Source: Eledone cirrhosa
Lineage: Eukaryota
Assembly: GCA_964016885.1 (NCBI GenBank)
Contig: OZ024741.1
Location: 176,080,001 to 176,144,000, forward strand
Length of the DNA: 64,000 nt
Reading direction: 5' to 3'
Shown one piece after another: positions 1 to 12,385 of this stretch. The position numbers were made by a program, and so were the translations under genes. Position 1 is the first letter of the stretch. Each line of letters begins with the position of its first letter. The notes under the pieces are model-generated. The model did no database searches. It was not told where the DNA came from and was given only the letters and a program-made list of their open reading frames with translations.

Positions 1-489
1 TTCGTTTCGTTATTTGTTTTTATCGTCTCCGTTGAACCGGTACGTACTCACGCTCTATGCAAATTAGTCTGCCCACTACTAATTTTCATAGAAAAAGCAT
101 ATAACGATATGTGCTTTTACGATTCTCTAGAAAGGCCGGAAGATAGGTAAATATTGCTGATGAGATGTAACAACATCGAAACTAGTCCAATATTCATTGT
201 CTGACTTTCTGGAGAATAGAGGAAAGGTGTTTCCTCAAAAACCAGTATGACTCTAAAAACCGGTTTGTCTGTGTGTTTACATACAGAATAGCTGGACACT
301 CACAGTAAAGTGACCAGTGAAAAACTCGGTACATCTACATATGTACACGTGTGTGTATTCATATGCATACTAGTATTTCAGTATACATATGTGGATGTAC
401 ATTCTTAACTTAATTGTTTAAGCGTCAGTCATACAAAAGTGAGTTACAAACGAAACGAAATTTAATTTCGTTTCGTTATTTGTTTTTAT
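1..489 (+). mobile_element. Non-autonomous Penelope-like/retrozyme unit (cut by window edge)
   Basis: Contains HHR 150-194; ttcgtttcgttatttgtttttat is directly repeated at 1 and 467 (period 466); ends in (TA)n. Confidence 0.5.
150..194 (+). ncRNA. Minimal type I hammerhead ribozyme
   Basis: aatattg-CTGATGA-gatg(taacaa)catc-GAAA-cta-GTC-caatatt: 7-bp stem I, 4-bp stem II, palindromic stem III (actagt), GUC cleavage triplet. Confidence 0.85.
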
Positions 490-507
490 ATATATATATA
501 TATATAA

Positions 508-578
<71 letters not shown>

Positions 579-1204
579 TGGCAGGTCGCTCTTCAGAACT
601 ACTGGTAAGGACGTCGGCAACTAACCTGACAGACCCATCCAGCTTCCTTTGTGAGGAGGGTGATTTTGGTTACCCTGCGGAATGAAAAACCGAACCCATA
701 AATGGCTGAAAAACTCAGGTGAGTCAACGGCCATCCAATAAACTATTTCTTTTTAATGTTGAGCGAGAGACTCATACTTTTTATTAAGACACTTCTCTGG
801 CAGAGGATCACTCTGATATAAGACCTGCGACTTCATTTGTATCCAATGGTGTAAAGCATTTCTACTTTTTGGGTAAATGCATTCGATGTGCAGAGAGTGG
901 GATTCGCTCCATACAAAGCCTTTCCTCATTTAAAAAAGCTTCAAGCTCAGGTATTGCTTGATATGTGATATATTTGCAATGCATGGCATTGTTGGCTGTA
1001 GACAACTCCCTAGCAGGACTGATAGGCCACATCTGTGATGCTTATGTTTAAGTATCAAGTGATGGCATTACTCAAAATATTCGTATATATTTGTATGACT
1101 ATATATGTATATATATAAAATTGTATGTATATATGCATTTATATGTATATATATGCATTTATATGTATATATATATAGGTATACATATATATATATTCAT
1201 ATAT

Positions 1205-1247
<43 letters not shown>

Positions 1248-1284
1248 CATATATATACATACACACACACACTTACACACACAT

Positions 1285-1317
<33 letters not shown>

Positions 1318-1318
<1 letters not shown>

Positions 1319-1935
1319 CATCATCATCATCATCATCATCATCAGGTTTAGCGTCCGTGTTCCACGCTTGCATGGGTTTGGACGGGGGTTTTCCCACTTG
1401 AGGCAAGAGTGGTTGTCTTGCTCGCATAGGACTGTCTGGCGGGTTTTCTACAGTTGGATGCCCTTCCTAACACCAACCACATTTACAGTGTGGGGCTGGG
1501 AGGTTTTTACCGTGTTGCCTACACGGCCACATTACAGCGTGGACTGTCTGGCGGGTTTTCTACAGCTGGATGCCCTTCCTAACACCAACCACATTTACAG
1601 TGTGGGGCTGGGAGGTTTTTACCGTGTTGCCTACACGGCCACATTACAGCGTGGACTGTCTGGCGGGTTTTCTACAGCTGGATGCCCTTCCTAACACCAA
1701 CCACATTTACAGTGTGGGGCTGGGAGGTTTTTACCGTGTTGCCTACACGGCCACATTTACAGCGTGGACTGTGTGTTTTTTGTCGTGACACCTACACGAT
1801 CTCATTTGTTTCGGCCTGGATGTTGTGGGACCAACATAACTTTACATTGAAAGGGGCGGTGTGGGTGGGGTGGAGGTGGTGGGACGGGGGTGTGTTTTGA
1901 TAGAGATGCCTACTGACTGTAGTAGGTTTTTACTT
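1318..1935 (-). mobile_element. RTE LINE 3' UTR fragment with internal 3 x 112-bp tandem repeat
   Basis: Near-identical to the 3' UTR (about 30528-30920) of the RTE ORF at 30925-31647; (GAT)n tail; repeat units start at 1429, 1541, 1653. Confidence 0.85.
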
Positions 1936-2005
1936 TTAATATCATTGTATATATATATATACAATGATATTAAATAAATGGAAACTATATTTATAAAACC
2001 ATATT

Positions 2006-2068
2006 TATTTTATTATATATATTTCAAATGTACCAAAAGACTTTGGTATGCTTTCTTAAGATAAAATA
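2006..2068 (-). ncRNA. Decayed hammerhead ribozyme (CTTAAGA core), family of 26292/26415
   Basis: Reverse complement tattttat-CTTAAGA-aagcatacca..tggtacattt-GAAA-tatat-ATA-ataaaata; flank aaatggaaactatatttataaaaccatattt shared with the 26.2-26.5 kb element. Confidence 0.6.
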
Positions 2069-2131
2069 CAAAGTTTATTTTATAAATAGAGACTTACCCA
2101 GGAAAATCATACCTTATCAGTTGGATATTCT

Positions 2132-2213
<82 letters not shown>

Positions 2214-2302
2214 AATTTCGTCGCAAAGGTCCAGGAAAAAAGACTGCTCTATGTAGGTTACAGGACTTAATAGTTATGTAATAAACAACATAAGGCAATT
2301 AT

Positions 2303-2361
2303 TTCATTTACCAGTGGTTTCTTGAAAGCAAACGAAATTTATTTTCATTCATCAGAATGAA
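2303..2361 (-). ncRNA. Hammerhead ribozyme (left arm of fold-back element 2212-2600)
   Basis: rc: ttcatt-CTGATGA-stem II-GAAA-ccactg-GTA-aatgaa. Confidence 0.7.
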
Positions 2362-2506
2362 AAAATCCTGGTGTATTTATTGACCGGATTTTAAAAACAA
2401 AAATATAATCTCTATATATAATCTATATATATAATCTATAATCCTCACTTTCATATAGATTATATTTTTGTTTTTAAAATCCGGTCAATAAATACACCAG
2501 GAATTT

Positions 2507-2565
2507 TTCATTCTGATGAATGAAAGCAAATTTCGTTTGCTTTCAAGAAACCATTGGTAAATGAA
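2507..2565 (+). ncRNA. Hammerhead ribozyme (right arm of fold-back element 2212-2600)
   Basis: ttcatt-CTGATGA-a-tgaaagcaaa(tttcg)tttgctttca-a-GAAA-ccattg-GTA-aatgaa; 6-bp stem I, 10-bp stem II. Confidence 0.8.
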
Positions 2566-2605
2566 ATAATTGCCTTATGTTGTTTATTACATAATTATAT
2601 GTATA

Positions 2606-2668
<63 letters not shown>

Positions 2669-2672
<4 letters not shown>

Positions 2673-3037
2673 GAAAAAATGGAGAATTACATGGTCAACA
2701 GTACAAAAAAGGGGATATATTTACAGTCTAAAGTTTCACTGATAAAGATGTCTAAAAATTGCTGAACACTAAAGCAGTGCCACTCAATTTTAAATACGAT
2801 GTTAGCTCGATCAGATATTCGGAAACTACAGTTTCTTTGTACTGGGGACCATGTTATTCTCCACCTTTTCAATCTTACTACTCCAAGAAAAACTTACATA
2901 AGAATACAAGAGTAATCATAAACTCGTCATCTACGTAAACCTCTTGTTGTGTCAAACAACGCCGTACGCTAAAACTATCCATAATAATAAGTATTCACAA
3001 CCTCTAACTGGATTACCTATAAAGATATTTTGTTATC

Positions 3038-3040
<3 letters not shown>
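2669..3040. mobile_element. Decayed fold-back element between (TA)n tracts
   Basis: About 40-bp imperfect inverted repeat (2671-2710 vs about 2832-2872), right arm followed by tactACTC tail; no intact HHR core. Confidence 0.45.
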
Positions 3041-3101
<61 letters not shown>

Positions 3102-3103
<2 letters not shown>

Positions 3104-3150
3104 TTTTACAGGACTAGAACTGTTTCATTCTTTAGAAATCATCAGAAATC
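3102..3150 (-). ncRNA. Hammerhead ribozyme (left arm of fold-back element 3098-3461)
   Basis: rc: gattt-CTGATGA-tttc(taaa)gaat-GAAA-cag(ttctagtc)ct-GTA-aaatc. Confidence 0.7.
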
Positions 3151-3180
3151 ATCTGAGATTCCTGATGATTTCTAAATAAT

Positions 3181-3362
3181 TGTTTCTACTTTAGGCACAA
3201 GGCCAGCAAATTACCCAGTACATTACTGGTACTTTATTTTATCGACCTCGTAAGGATGAAAGGCAAAGTTAACCTCGGTGGGATTTGAACTCAGACTGTA
3301 AAGGGATGTAACTATGCTAGAAACCATGGCGTCCAACCCTCTACCGATACTGCCAATTCACC
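3181..3362 (-). mobile_element. tRNA-derived SINE, family A, with 16-bp target-site duplication
   Basis: A box TGGCAGTATCGG, B box GAGTTCAAATC, core gcctttcatcc..gtcgataaaataaagtacc (Meta-domain-like, from memory); TSD atgatttctaaataat at 3165-3180 and 3364-3379. Confidence 0.9.
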
Positions 3363-3459
3363 AATGATTTCTAAATAATGAACCAGTTCCAGTCCTGTAG
3401 AATCTCATCTATATTAAAACTTTTATACTCTGCTATGTATTGAGTACCTTACTTACTGT

Positions 3460-3498
<39 letters not shown>

Positions 3499-3576
3499 TT
3501 TTTCTTTAGGCCGTTTTGGAAGCCTCAACAATGCAGATGGGTAATTCTCCGGGTAACAATATCCGGTGTGAAGAGA

Positions 3577-3666
3577 GAGATGTAAGTGAATGTAAGAGAT
3601 GTAAGTGAATGTAAGAGATGTAAGTGAATGTAAGAGATGTAAGTGAATGTAAGAGATGTAAGTGAA
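3577..3666. repeat. 19-bp minisatellite (gagatgtaagtgaatgtaa)n
   Basis: About 4.7 perfect copies. Confidence 0.9.
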
Positions 3667-4564
3667 CTCAGGATCATAAGGTCATGAGTTTGATTCTTGT
3701 ATTAAAGTTTGGAACAAGTCATAGCATTTTATGTTACAACTTTTAACTCAGAAGAAAGTGAGCATGAGCAGTAGTTGGGGTTTAATTCGACAAGAGACCC
3801 TTCCAATGGTTTGTCTCACACTATCACTTGCTTAACAACCATGAAACTAATAAGCTCTGGGTTCCATCCACATAGTGCAAGCATAGATATGTGATCATAA
3901 ATCTGTAAGTCATTGTTTGACAAAATTCTTTGTGGTATTTAGTTATGATCAATTATGTTAATGTGACTGAGTGGTCTAAGTTTCTGCTTTATGGTACTGA
4001 TATCTTTGGATGCCTTTATTTGAATTCCACCACTGCCATTATGTTACCCATATCACAGGAGTGGGTATGGGTGGAACACCCACATAAGGGAAATGTCATG
4101 CAACATGGTTTTGGCTTTTGTGTTCTAAATTCAAACTTTGCTGAGGTCAACTTTGTCTTTTGACCATCTTCTTCGATCGATAAATTGAAGTACCATTCAA
4201 GGAAAAGGGTTCAGTTAACCTACTATCTATCTAAAGTTTTGATCATGTGCTTTGAAATATTCTGTATGTTTGACTAAAAATTCTAAATCCAGCTCTGTAT
4301 CTAAATTACTACAATAAAAAAGAACTGCTCTAAAAAAGAAAAACAAACTAAAAGAAAAACTGCAGAATGTTTAGAGTATTGGTCCAGATGCCATGTGTTC
4401 TGATTATATGTTATGAGATCCAATCCCATTGAGGTCAATTTTGCCATTCACTTTTCATAGGGAAAGCAAATAAAGGACTGAAGCCAATATAATTGATTAT
4501 ACACACACCCCCAAAAAAGAAATCCTGGCTTTTGCCTAAATTATTATTAGTGCTATAATTCATA

Positions 4565-5225
4565 TTTGAAACTCCCTTTCAATTCTTATTCTTTCCTATT
4601 TCTTACTGAGTTTCAACTTGACACCTGAGGCAAAATTTGGAAATACACACATTGTGTTATAAATGGTGCTAAATCAAAATGGTGCTAAATCAAAATAAAT
4701 GGTGCTAAATCAAAATCATTCAATGTGGGTGTTAGACTCCACCAAGGTTACATGCAGTCACCTCTCCTGTTCATTATTTTCATAAACAGGCAGTGGATTG
4801 GCAGTATTGGTAGAGGGTCAAACGCCATTCTTTGTTGCAAAGAGTTATGACCCTTTATTATCTGAGTTCAAATCCCGCTGAGGTTAACTTTGCCTTTCAT
4901 CCTTACGGGGTCAATAAAATGAAGTACCAGTAATAATTGTACCAGGATAATTGCTGGCCTTGTGCCAAAAGTAGAAACAATTATTTTCATAAACAGGATT
5001 GCCATGCACAGCCAGTTTAGAAGTGGCATTATAACAAATGGGTGTTGGATCAGGAATGAGTGGGCAAAGAAGGGAGACACATTTAACAAACAATTGTCTT
5101 ACATCAGTAAATGTGTTTCGAAGGTATTTAAATTGATAATGCCCTTCTCAGGACATGGACTGTGCCAGTTAGCACTATTTCCTGTATCTTTTGCAAAGAT
5201 GGCTTTCCAGGTATCTGGTTTAAAT
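4565..5225 (-). mobile_element. R4/Dong LINE 3' end, interrupted by a SINE
   Basis: Reverse complement matches 48090-48340 (ccagatacctggaaagccatc...ggcattatcaattta; aaattttgcctcaggtg). Confidence 0.75.
4789..4982 (+). mobile_element. SINE family A with TSD
   Basis: Full head, core and tail; attattttcataaaca duplicated on both sides. Confidence 0.9.
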
Positions 5226-5411
5226 TTCTTCTTCTTCTTCTTCTTCTTCTTCTTCTTCTTCTTCTTTATTATATTGAGAACCACTCATACAGTGGGGTTA
5301 ATTAAATTGATATAAGACATCATATATATAATTGTGTCATGTTCTGACTGAGAAATTTAATTGACAGTCCCTTCCTGAAAAATGTTTAGCCTTGTGCCTA
5401 AATCAGAAACA

Positions 5412-5445
<34 letters not shown>

Positions 5446-5632
5446 GAGCGGTGAATTGGCAGTATCGGTAGAGGGTTGGACACCATGCTTTCTAGCATAG
5501 TTATGTCCCTTTACAGTCTGAGTTCAACTCCCGCCGAGATTAACTTTGCCTTTCATCCTTACGGGGTTGATAAAATAAAGTACCAGTAATATACTGGATA
5601 TTTTGCTGGCCTTGTGCCTAAAGTAGAAACAA
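5446..5632 (+). mobile_element. SINE family A
   Basis: Same consensus, preceded by (TTA)n tail of an older copy. Confidence 0.9.
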
Positions 5633-6764
5633 TTCTTCTTCTTATTATTATTATTACAAATCCCACAGGACCACTTTCACCATGCTTTCCTCCTACCAAT
5701 TCACAACACTGGACCTTTCCATCCAACTGAGACACAATAATCACTTTATTGGTGGTGTCATGATAAAATGTAGCTAGTACATGATGGAAAGTATTAGTAC
5801 TGGTGCCCCATATTCATGCCCCACATTTACTGTTTATCTTTCATAAAATTTTGAAACCACTCAATCATTTTCTTTTCCTTCTCTCATCATACTTTGTGTC
5901 CTCTTGAGGGTGCTACATCAATTTTCCAATGCTGTCTTTTCAGGTTTTCAATAATAACATCAAGAACAACAGGTCTTCTCTAACTCATCTACACATCACA
6001 TTGGATGTTGAAGTATTAAAATAGCATGATATTATCATCATCATCATCACTTCCATCATTAATAATATCATCTCTGCCAAATAGCCAGTGGCTTCCTTAT
6101 ACTGAGATTAGATGAGGGAGGGAAGGAGAGAATGAGAGAGAGCGGGAGAGTGAAAGAGAGAGAGAGGGAGAAGGTGTGTGTGTGTATGCATGTGTATGTG
6201 TTTTGACATACGCAGCTGCTTCTAAAAGAAAGGTTTCTACACAACTGGGAACACTAGATATTAAAATGTACATATTGATGAGTTCCCTAAATCATATTTC
6301 TTCAGAAGCTTCTTTATTATTTCTCTATCATCATGGTAATGGAGGAGGATAATGATGACAAGAAGCATAATGATGATAGATGTCCTATCATTTCCAGTGA
6401 CAACTGCCATATTTCCCCCCAGCAGTTCCTTAGCTAATTTGATTTAATAGTGTTCAAGTTGCTATATAACATCTTCAAGCATTCATCACTTCTGTTCCTT
6501 CCTCCTCACTCTTATTCTGCCCAATCTTTTATTATGTAACTGTGCAGTAGGGAGATTGGCATGAATATTCACAATGATTGGGATGTAAGTATGAGGCAGA
6601 GACCAAATAATAGAATAGGGGTAGCTGGTCACTTGCCATGAGCCTACACACCATGAACTCTACTTCATTTAATTTGTTCAGTTATTTGTAAATATATCAT
6701 GTACATCACATGGGTTTGACCTCTGTTAGTTCAGGCAGTAAATGTTCTAGTTATTTGATCAATG

Positions 6765-7020
6765 GATCAGCCTGTTTGTGAAATTAATTTGCATGTGACT
6801 GAGCATTCGATATACAAACGTACCCATAATTAAATTCTCAGGAAGATTCAGTGTGACACATTGTGTGTCAAGGCTGGCTCTTTGAATTACAAATACATTT
6901 TTTCTTGCTGAGAGGACTAAGCAGCATGAAATAAAGGATCTTTCTCAATGACACAATGTGCCTCCAGGAATCAAACTCATGACCTAAACACCCTAACCAT
7001 TGAGATTTTTCATCTCCACA
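6765..7020 (-). mobile_element. Decayed CORE-like SINE (family B)
   Basis: Degenerate match to gagcaatgtgaaataaagtgtcttgctcaagg and tRNA-like head seen at 17528-17677. Confidence 0.55.
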
Positions 7021-8705
7021 TATATACATACAACCTGTACATACATTATTTGCATTAGCACTAACTACTAAACTACAACACCGGTTTTAGAGAGTGAGGA
7101 AGGCATCCTAAAACTAGAGAAATAGCCCAAATGCTTGCAAAACTGTGAAGTCTGTTAAAAGTATTCAATATCCAGATGGTAGTGGTAAACTTGGTTAGGG
7201 ATTAAGCCTACCACCCAACAAGGCTACAGCATGAATAGAACTCAAAATACAAATAGTCAGAACAAATAATGCTAGGCAACTTAGCCAATGCTCCATCCTG
7301 AAAATAATAAAGGAGAAGTCTTTGAGGGATTTGTATTCAGAGTGTAATGAGGTAAAATAAATATTACAAAGAATTTTATCCTATGCTCCAACAAATTTTC
7401 TGATTTCCCATATGAGATGGTTTGACTCTTTTGATACTAATATGCTTCAAACTGCATTTAGTTTAATGATACAAACTAGCTCATATTAAAATGTTCATAT
7501 CTAAATCAAAATCTTCCATCATATATTCTAACTTAGAAACTTATGTAAAGTTATGTACCAAACACTATCTTAATAATATCAAAGTTAATTATTATATTAA
7601 ATCCATTGAAATTCTTGATTATTTCCAAAATTAATTGAAACCTAAGGACTGTATTTCATGTGAAATATAGTAATAAAAGGAGTAAAAGAGATGATTAAAA
7701 ACCACTATTGTTTGGAGAATGTGATTATATCTTATATATCAAGTAAAAATGATGTAATTTATACAATCTCAGATTTCTACCACAAATTGTTCAGATCATT
7801 CCACCCAGTCAGTGAATGTTATAATTAAAGGAAAATACATTTGTCCAATTCAGACAGATGATATTTCTAGCTACATATCCTAATTGAATTATTTTGAGAA
7901 CTTTATTAACTTAAAGTTTAATTGGGTTTGAATTTGTAAATTGTTCGCAAATTGAGCTAAATGAATATTTGCAGACAGTATTTAATATGTCTGGCTTTGA
8001 ACTTTGAATTAAATAAAATACTTCTAAGTTAGAAAATATTGAGTTGATTCTGAAATGGATTTTTCATCTTATTTCTATGTGTAGGGATCCCATTTCACAC
8101 AATATTTCTAATGAAAGACACTGCTTAATATTTTCAAATCATCTGGAAAGTAATAAAGATTTTGGAGGATTTAGTAATATAACTAGACTGGTGTTTGAAA
8201 CAAATGTTCTTCCATAAATTATTATAGAAGCCTCTTAGATATATTTGAGCACTTTAATCCTTTTCTTACCATATTTCTGATGAGAGATACTGCTCATGAT
8301 TTGCAAATTACTTTGAAAATCTTCAAGAATCTGAAAGGATTTGGAGATATAACTTTCTCATTATTAAGATGATGTTTGGAGCATAATTTAACATGTTCTT
8401 ACATAAAATAATGAGGTTTTCATATGAACCCAAACACTTTGAAATAAACAGCTTTGTAATATAGAATCAGGGGCTGGCTTCTGGCAGTTTATTATCAAAA
8501 GTATAAAGGAGATAGGGTGTGATTTATGCTAGATGTCGGTGCTATATAAGTATGTGTGGAAAATAAGGAACCATTTACGTTCTTGTAATCTATCTAAGAA
8601 AGGTCTGCATGGAAAATTCCAATCCAGCAGAAGCAATCAATATACATGTTATGTATTTGAAACTCTGATGTGAAAGCTCATAAAATACTTGTCCATTATA
8701 TAAAG

Positions 8706-8910
8706 GTAGGTGTATTGGCAGTATTGGTAAAGCATTGAACAAAATGTTTTGCAGTATTTAGTTACGACCTTTTACATTCTGAGTTCAAATCACAGCTGGG
8801 TCAAATTTGCATTTCTTCCTTTTGAAGTTGATCAAATAAAATACTAGTAAAGACAAAGAGGTGATTTAATTGACCCTTGTCCCCTACATTACTGGTCTAC
8901 ATTAGAGACA
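8706..8910 (+). mobile_element. Decayed SINE family A
   Basis: tggcagtattggta...gagttcaaatc...gttgatcaaataaaatac. Confidence 0.7.
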
Positions 8911-9537
8911 TTTATATAAAACACTATCTGTTTTACCCAGCTATTATGAATAGATAACATTTTAGATTTGTTGCTGCCAAGAACCTCAGTGTCTTCAATC
9001 CATAGAGTGGTGCCCTCTTTCACCAAATCAGGTTGATGTTGTGTTTAAAATAGAATAGCTGATATAGTGGATATTACTGGCTGTTCTTCGTGGCAATACT
9101 TTTGCTGTCTTGTCCATGGGGCATAGATAGCATATGATGTTCAACTAAAGGTGGGGTGTTTGCTAAGTTTTTGTTACAACTTTTTATTGCTTTTATTTTA
9201 GGTTTGTATTTATAAAAATAAAATAAAATATATCATTGTAAGTAATTTAAAGCTTAATAAACTGTACTATTTGAAGATTTTGCATCCCAACCATAGACAT
9301 AAGCCACATAAGAGCTTTGATGTAAAACTGTTCACTTTTCTTGATTTGTTGATATAACACCTTGTCAACCTGGTCAAGTGTGGCATACTTATAAACATTA
9401 TTCAGTTTAAGCTGTTTAGGAGACAAACTTTTTGAGATATTTATTAGTAGTGGTCTCTAATTTTTTGATTGAAGTACAAATAAAAAATAACATTGCTGGT
9501 GCCCTTAAAATAGAAAGTAGTTATATAATTGTTATTA

Positions 9538-10520
9538 TCATCATCATCATGGGTTAGATGAATTGTCCTGTTGTGTCAGGTGTCCATGCTTTGCTTATAC
9601 AGAACTGATTTGGGCTTGGTTTCTACAGCAGGGCATACTGTATATCTGCTTCAGCTTTGGTCTGTGCCCATGGGTAGTTGGGTCTTCTGTATTACTGCAT
9701 AACACCAGAGATCTCAGTCCTGTGTCATCGCCTTTGAGAAGTCAGCTTTTATCACATCATCCTAAGTCTTCCTCGGTCTTCCCACTCCCAGGGTTCCATC
9801 AACTTTGAGTACTCTGCACCTTGTTAGGCAGCTGTCATCCTCCATATGCATCACATGTCCATACCAATGTAGTCTCCTCTTGCACACAACATTTGCCCAT
9901 GTCTCACTACCATGCAACATTGCTGTTCGTATGCACGCATCATACAGTCTGCCTTTCATTTTGAGGGAAAAGCCTTTTGTAGCTAGCAGTGGTAGTAGCT
10001 CCCTGAACTTCTTCTATCCCATTCTTACTCTGGCTACTGTACTTTCAGAACACCCAACCCCACGGCTATTTCAGTCACCTGAGTAGCAGAAGCTGTCTAC
10101 TGTTTCTACAGAGCCCTCCCAGAATTTGGTAGCACTTGTTTCCTGCAGTCGTTTACTGCTTACTGTCCCAGTGCAACTGCTACATGTAAAGCCTACATTC
10201 TTAGCTAAACTTCCTGATATCCTACTACATCACTTTTGTACCCATAGTTGGCATATGGAGCAGAGGATGGATTTTCTACCAACACTTTTCTTACATACTG
10301 AGCAAGGCCATTTTCCCGAGGGGTTCTGGGTTCTGTTTTCTCTTCTACTTACCTTAGTCTTTATCAGGTTGACTTTAAGACCGCTTCTTTCTAGGCCCTG
10401 CTTCCATGTTTGGAATTTCTTTTCTAGTTCCACCATAGATGAAGCTACGAGTATAAGATCATCCTCATTCAGAAGTTTCCATGGGCAACTGGTCTTAAAC
10501 TCCTCTCTTATAGCCTGTAT
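9538..10520 (-). mobile_element. RTE LINE, decayed 3' part
   Basis: Peptides GLKVNLIKTKV, KWPCSVCKK..C..C.LWV, MKGRLYDACIRTAMLHGSETW, RRLHWYGHVMHM, GRPRKT; (GAT)n tail. Confidence 0.9.
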
Positions 10521-10815
10521 ATCAATCCAAATTCTTGATTATTTTCAAAATCATTTGAAAAATATAGTAAGATCTTTCATTGGAAATATAATAACACATT
10601 GGAAATATAATAACACAAGTGTTAACCTGCAAAACCAAGAAGAAATTGATGCACATTAATTTCTTTAGAGCTACATTTCTATAGCATAGCTAACATATAC
10701 TTGGTATTGAATGGTCATGCAATTCTAATAGAAAAGTAAATACACACACATGCACACAAACATGTACACATACAACACACACATATATATATATATGTAT
10801 ATGTATATATATATA

Positions 10816-11146
10816 CTAGCACATTTACCCGGCGTTGCCCGGGGTTTGAAATGCAACAAAGAAACAAGAAACAAACGATAATATTAGTGATTTATCTTCA
10901 AATGAATCTGATGTTTATATTTCTGTCAATAAAGTTGGTTATCTCCCTTTTTATAAGGATTGTCAATAAAGCTGGTTATCTCCCTTACATCAATTTTGCT
11001 ACTGATAATTTTGATATCAATTTTTTATTGCTCAACGTGGGTCGATTTGAAAATTTGGTCAAATTCGGTTGGTAATTGTAAAAGCCTTAGGTATCCAATG
11101 TTGTACACAGCCACACACACATCCTCGCTTTTATATATATAGAAGA
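10816..11146 (-). mobile_element. Non-autonomous Helitron
   Basis: rc begins A|TCTTCTATATATATAAAA and ends with GC hairpin cccgggcaacgccggg then CTAG|T; no TSD. Confidence 0.75.
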
Positions 11147-11165
11147 TATATATATATATATATAT

Positions 11166-11420
11166 ACAAGGTCTATTAGAAAAGTATCTAACCTTAAGCT
11201 GGGAAAAAATGTGGATTTGTTGAGTTTCAATAGTCAAATCACTTTGAGTAGTCACTTTGCACTTCCACACACTTAGCTCGGTGATCCTTCCAATGTCTGA
11301 AGCATGTCCAGAATGCTTCTTCTGGAATTGCTCTCAGTTTCGTCATCACAGTTTGCATGATGTCTTCTCAGCTCCCAGAGATGTCAGAAGAAGATATGTC
11401 TGGGGAACAGGAAAATTGAC
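11166..11420. mobile_element. Possible Tc1/mariner terminal relic
   Basis: TA-caaggtctattagaaaagtatc resembles mariner-type TIR; partner TIR not found. Confidence 0.3.
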
Positions 11421-11934
11421 AAATGAGTGAAATGTCTTTCTTTTCCAATAAACATTGAATTAATTGGAACAAATGATCTAGTGTGTTGTCATGTTGCCAA
11501 TTTTACAAGCTGCCAATTTTACAAGGCTGACTGATACAGTCTGTTGTGGAGAACTCAATCATGAAGACATTGGAAGTCTTTCTGATACCACTCCTTTGAA
11601 TCTGGTTGCTTTTTAGGTGTATATTAGTGATGAAAAACACTTTGGTAGAATACATGACATTGATTTTGCTCTACATCTGATTTGTTATTTGGACTTTTAA
11701 TGTGCTGTTGTTTGTAGGTCATATATATATATCTATGTCTCATTTCCAGTTTTAACAACATTCAGGAACTAGTGATCCCTGTTGGCAGTATCAGGCAAAA
11801 TGAAAATGTTACAAGTAATTAGTACATCACATGGGTTTGTATACACATTAGTATACACATTGTATACACATTAGTATAGACATGGGTTTGTGCTTGCCAG
11901 TGGGATAAGGAACTTTCTAGTTGCACATCCCATG

Positions 11935-12260
11935 AATGACCATGGGATGTGCAACTAGAAAGTTCCCTTCGAAGGCACAAATTCGAGCAAGGTTGTCTTT
12001 GGAAGACCAGCACTAACTCGTACATACCAGCCTCCCCACTCCACACCACTCCACACCACTGATGTTGTCCAAGGGAAAGACAATGACCAATACAGCTTGG
12101 CACCTGTGATGTCGCAACTCATTTCTACAGTTGAGTGAACTGGAGCAATGTGAAATAGAGTGTTATGCTGAAGGACACAATGCATTACACAGTCCAAGAA
12201 CTGAACTCAAAACCTCCTGATTGTAAGCCCAATGCTCTAACCACTATGCTATATGCCTTC
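11935..12260 (-). mobile_element. CORE-like SINE (family B)
   Basis: ctcatttctacag.tgagtgaactggagcaatgtgaaata core (MIR/CORE-like in rc) and tRNA-like head. Confidence 0.75.
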
Positions 12261-12317
12261 ATATCGATATATATTATATATATGTCAAAACTTTTAGTTG
12301 GTTGTTACAGCATACAG

Positions 12318-12380
<63 letters not shown>

Positions 12381-12385
<5 letters not shown>

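Noticed and set aside
8277-8300. CTGATGA motif
   Set aside because: No compatible stems or GAAA.
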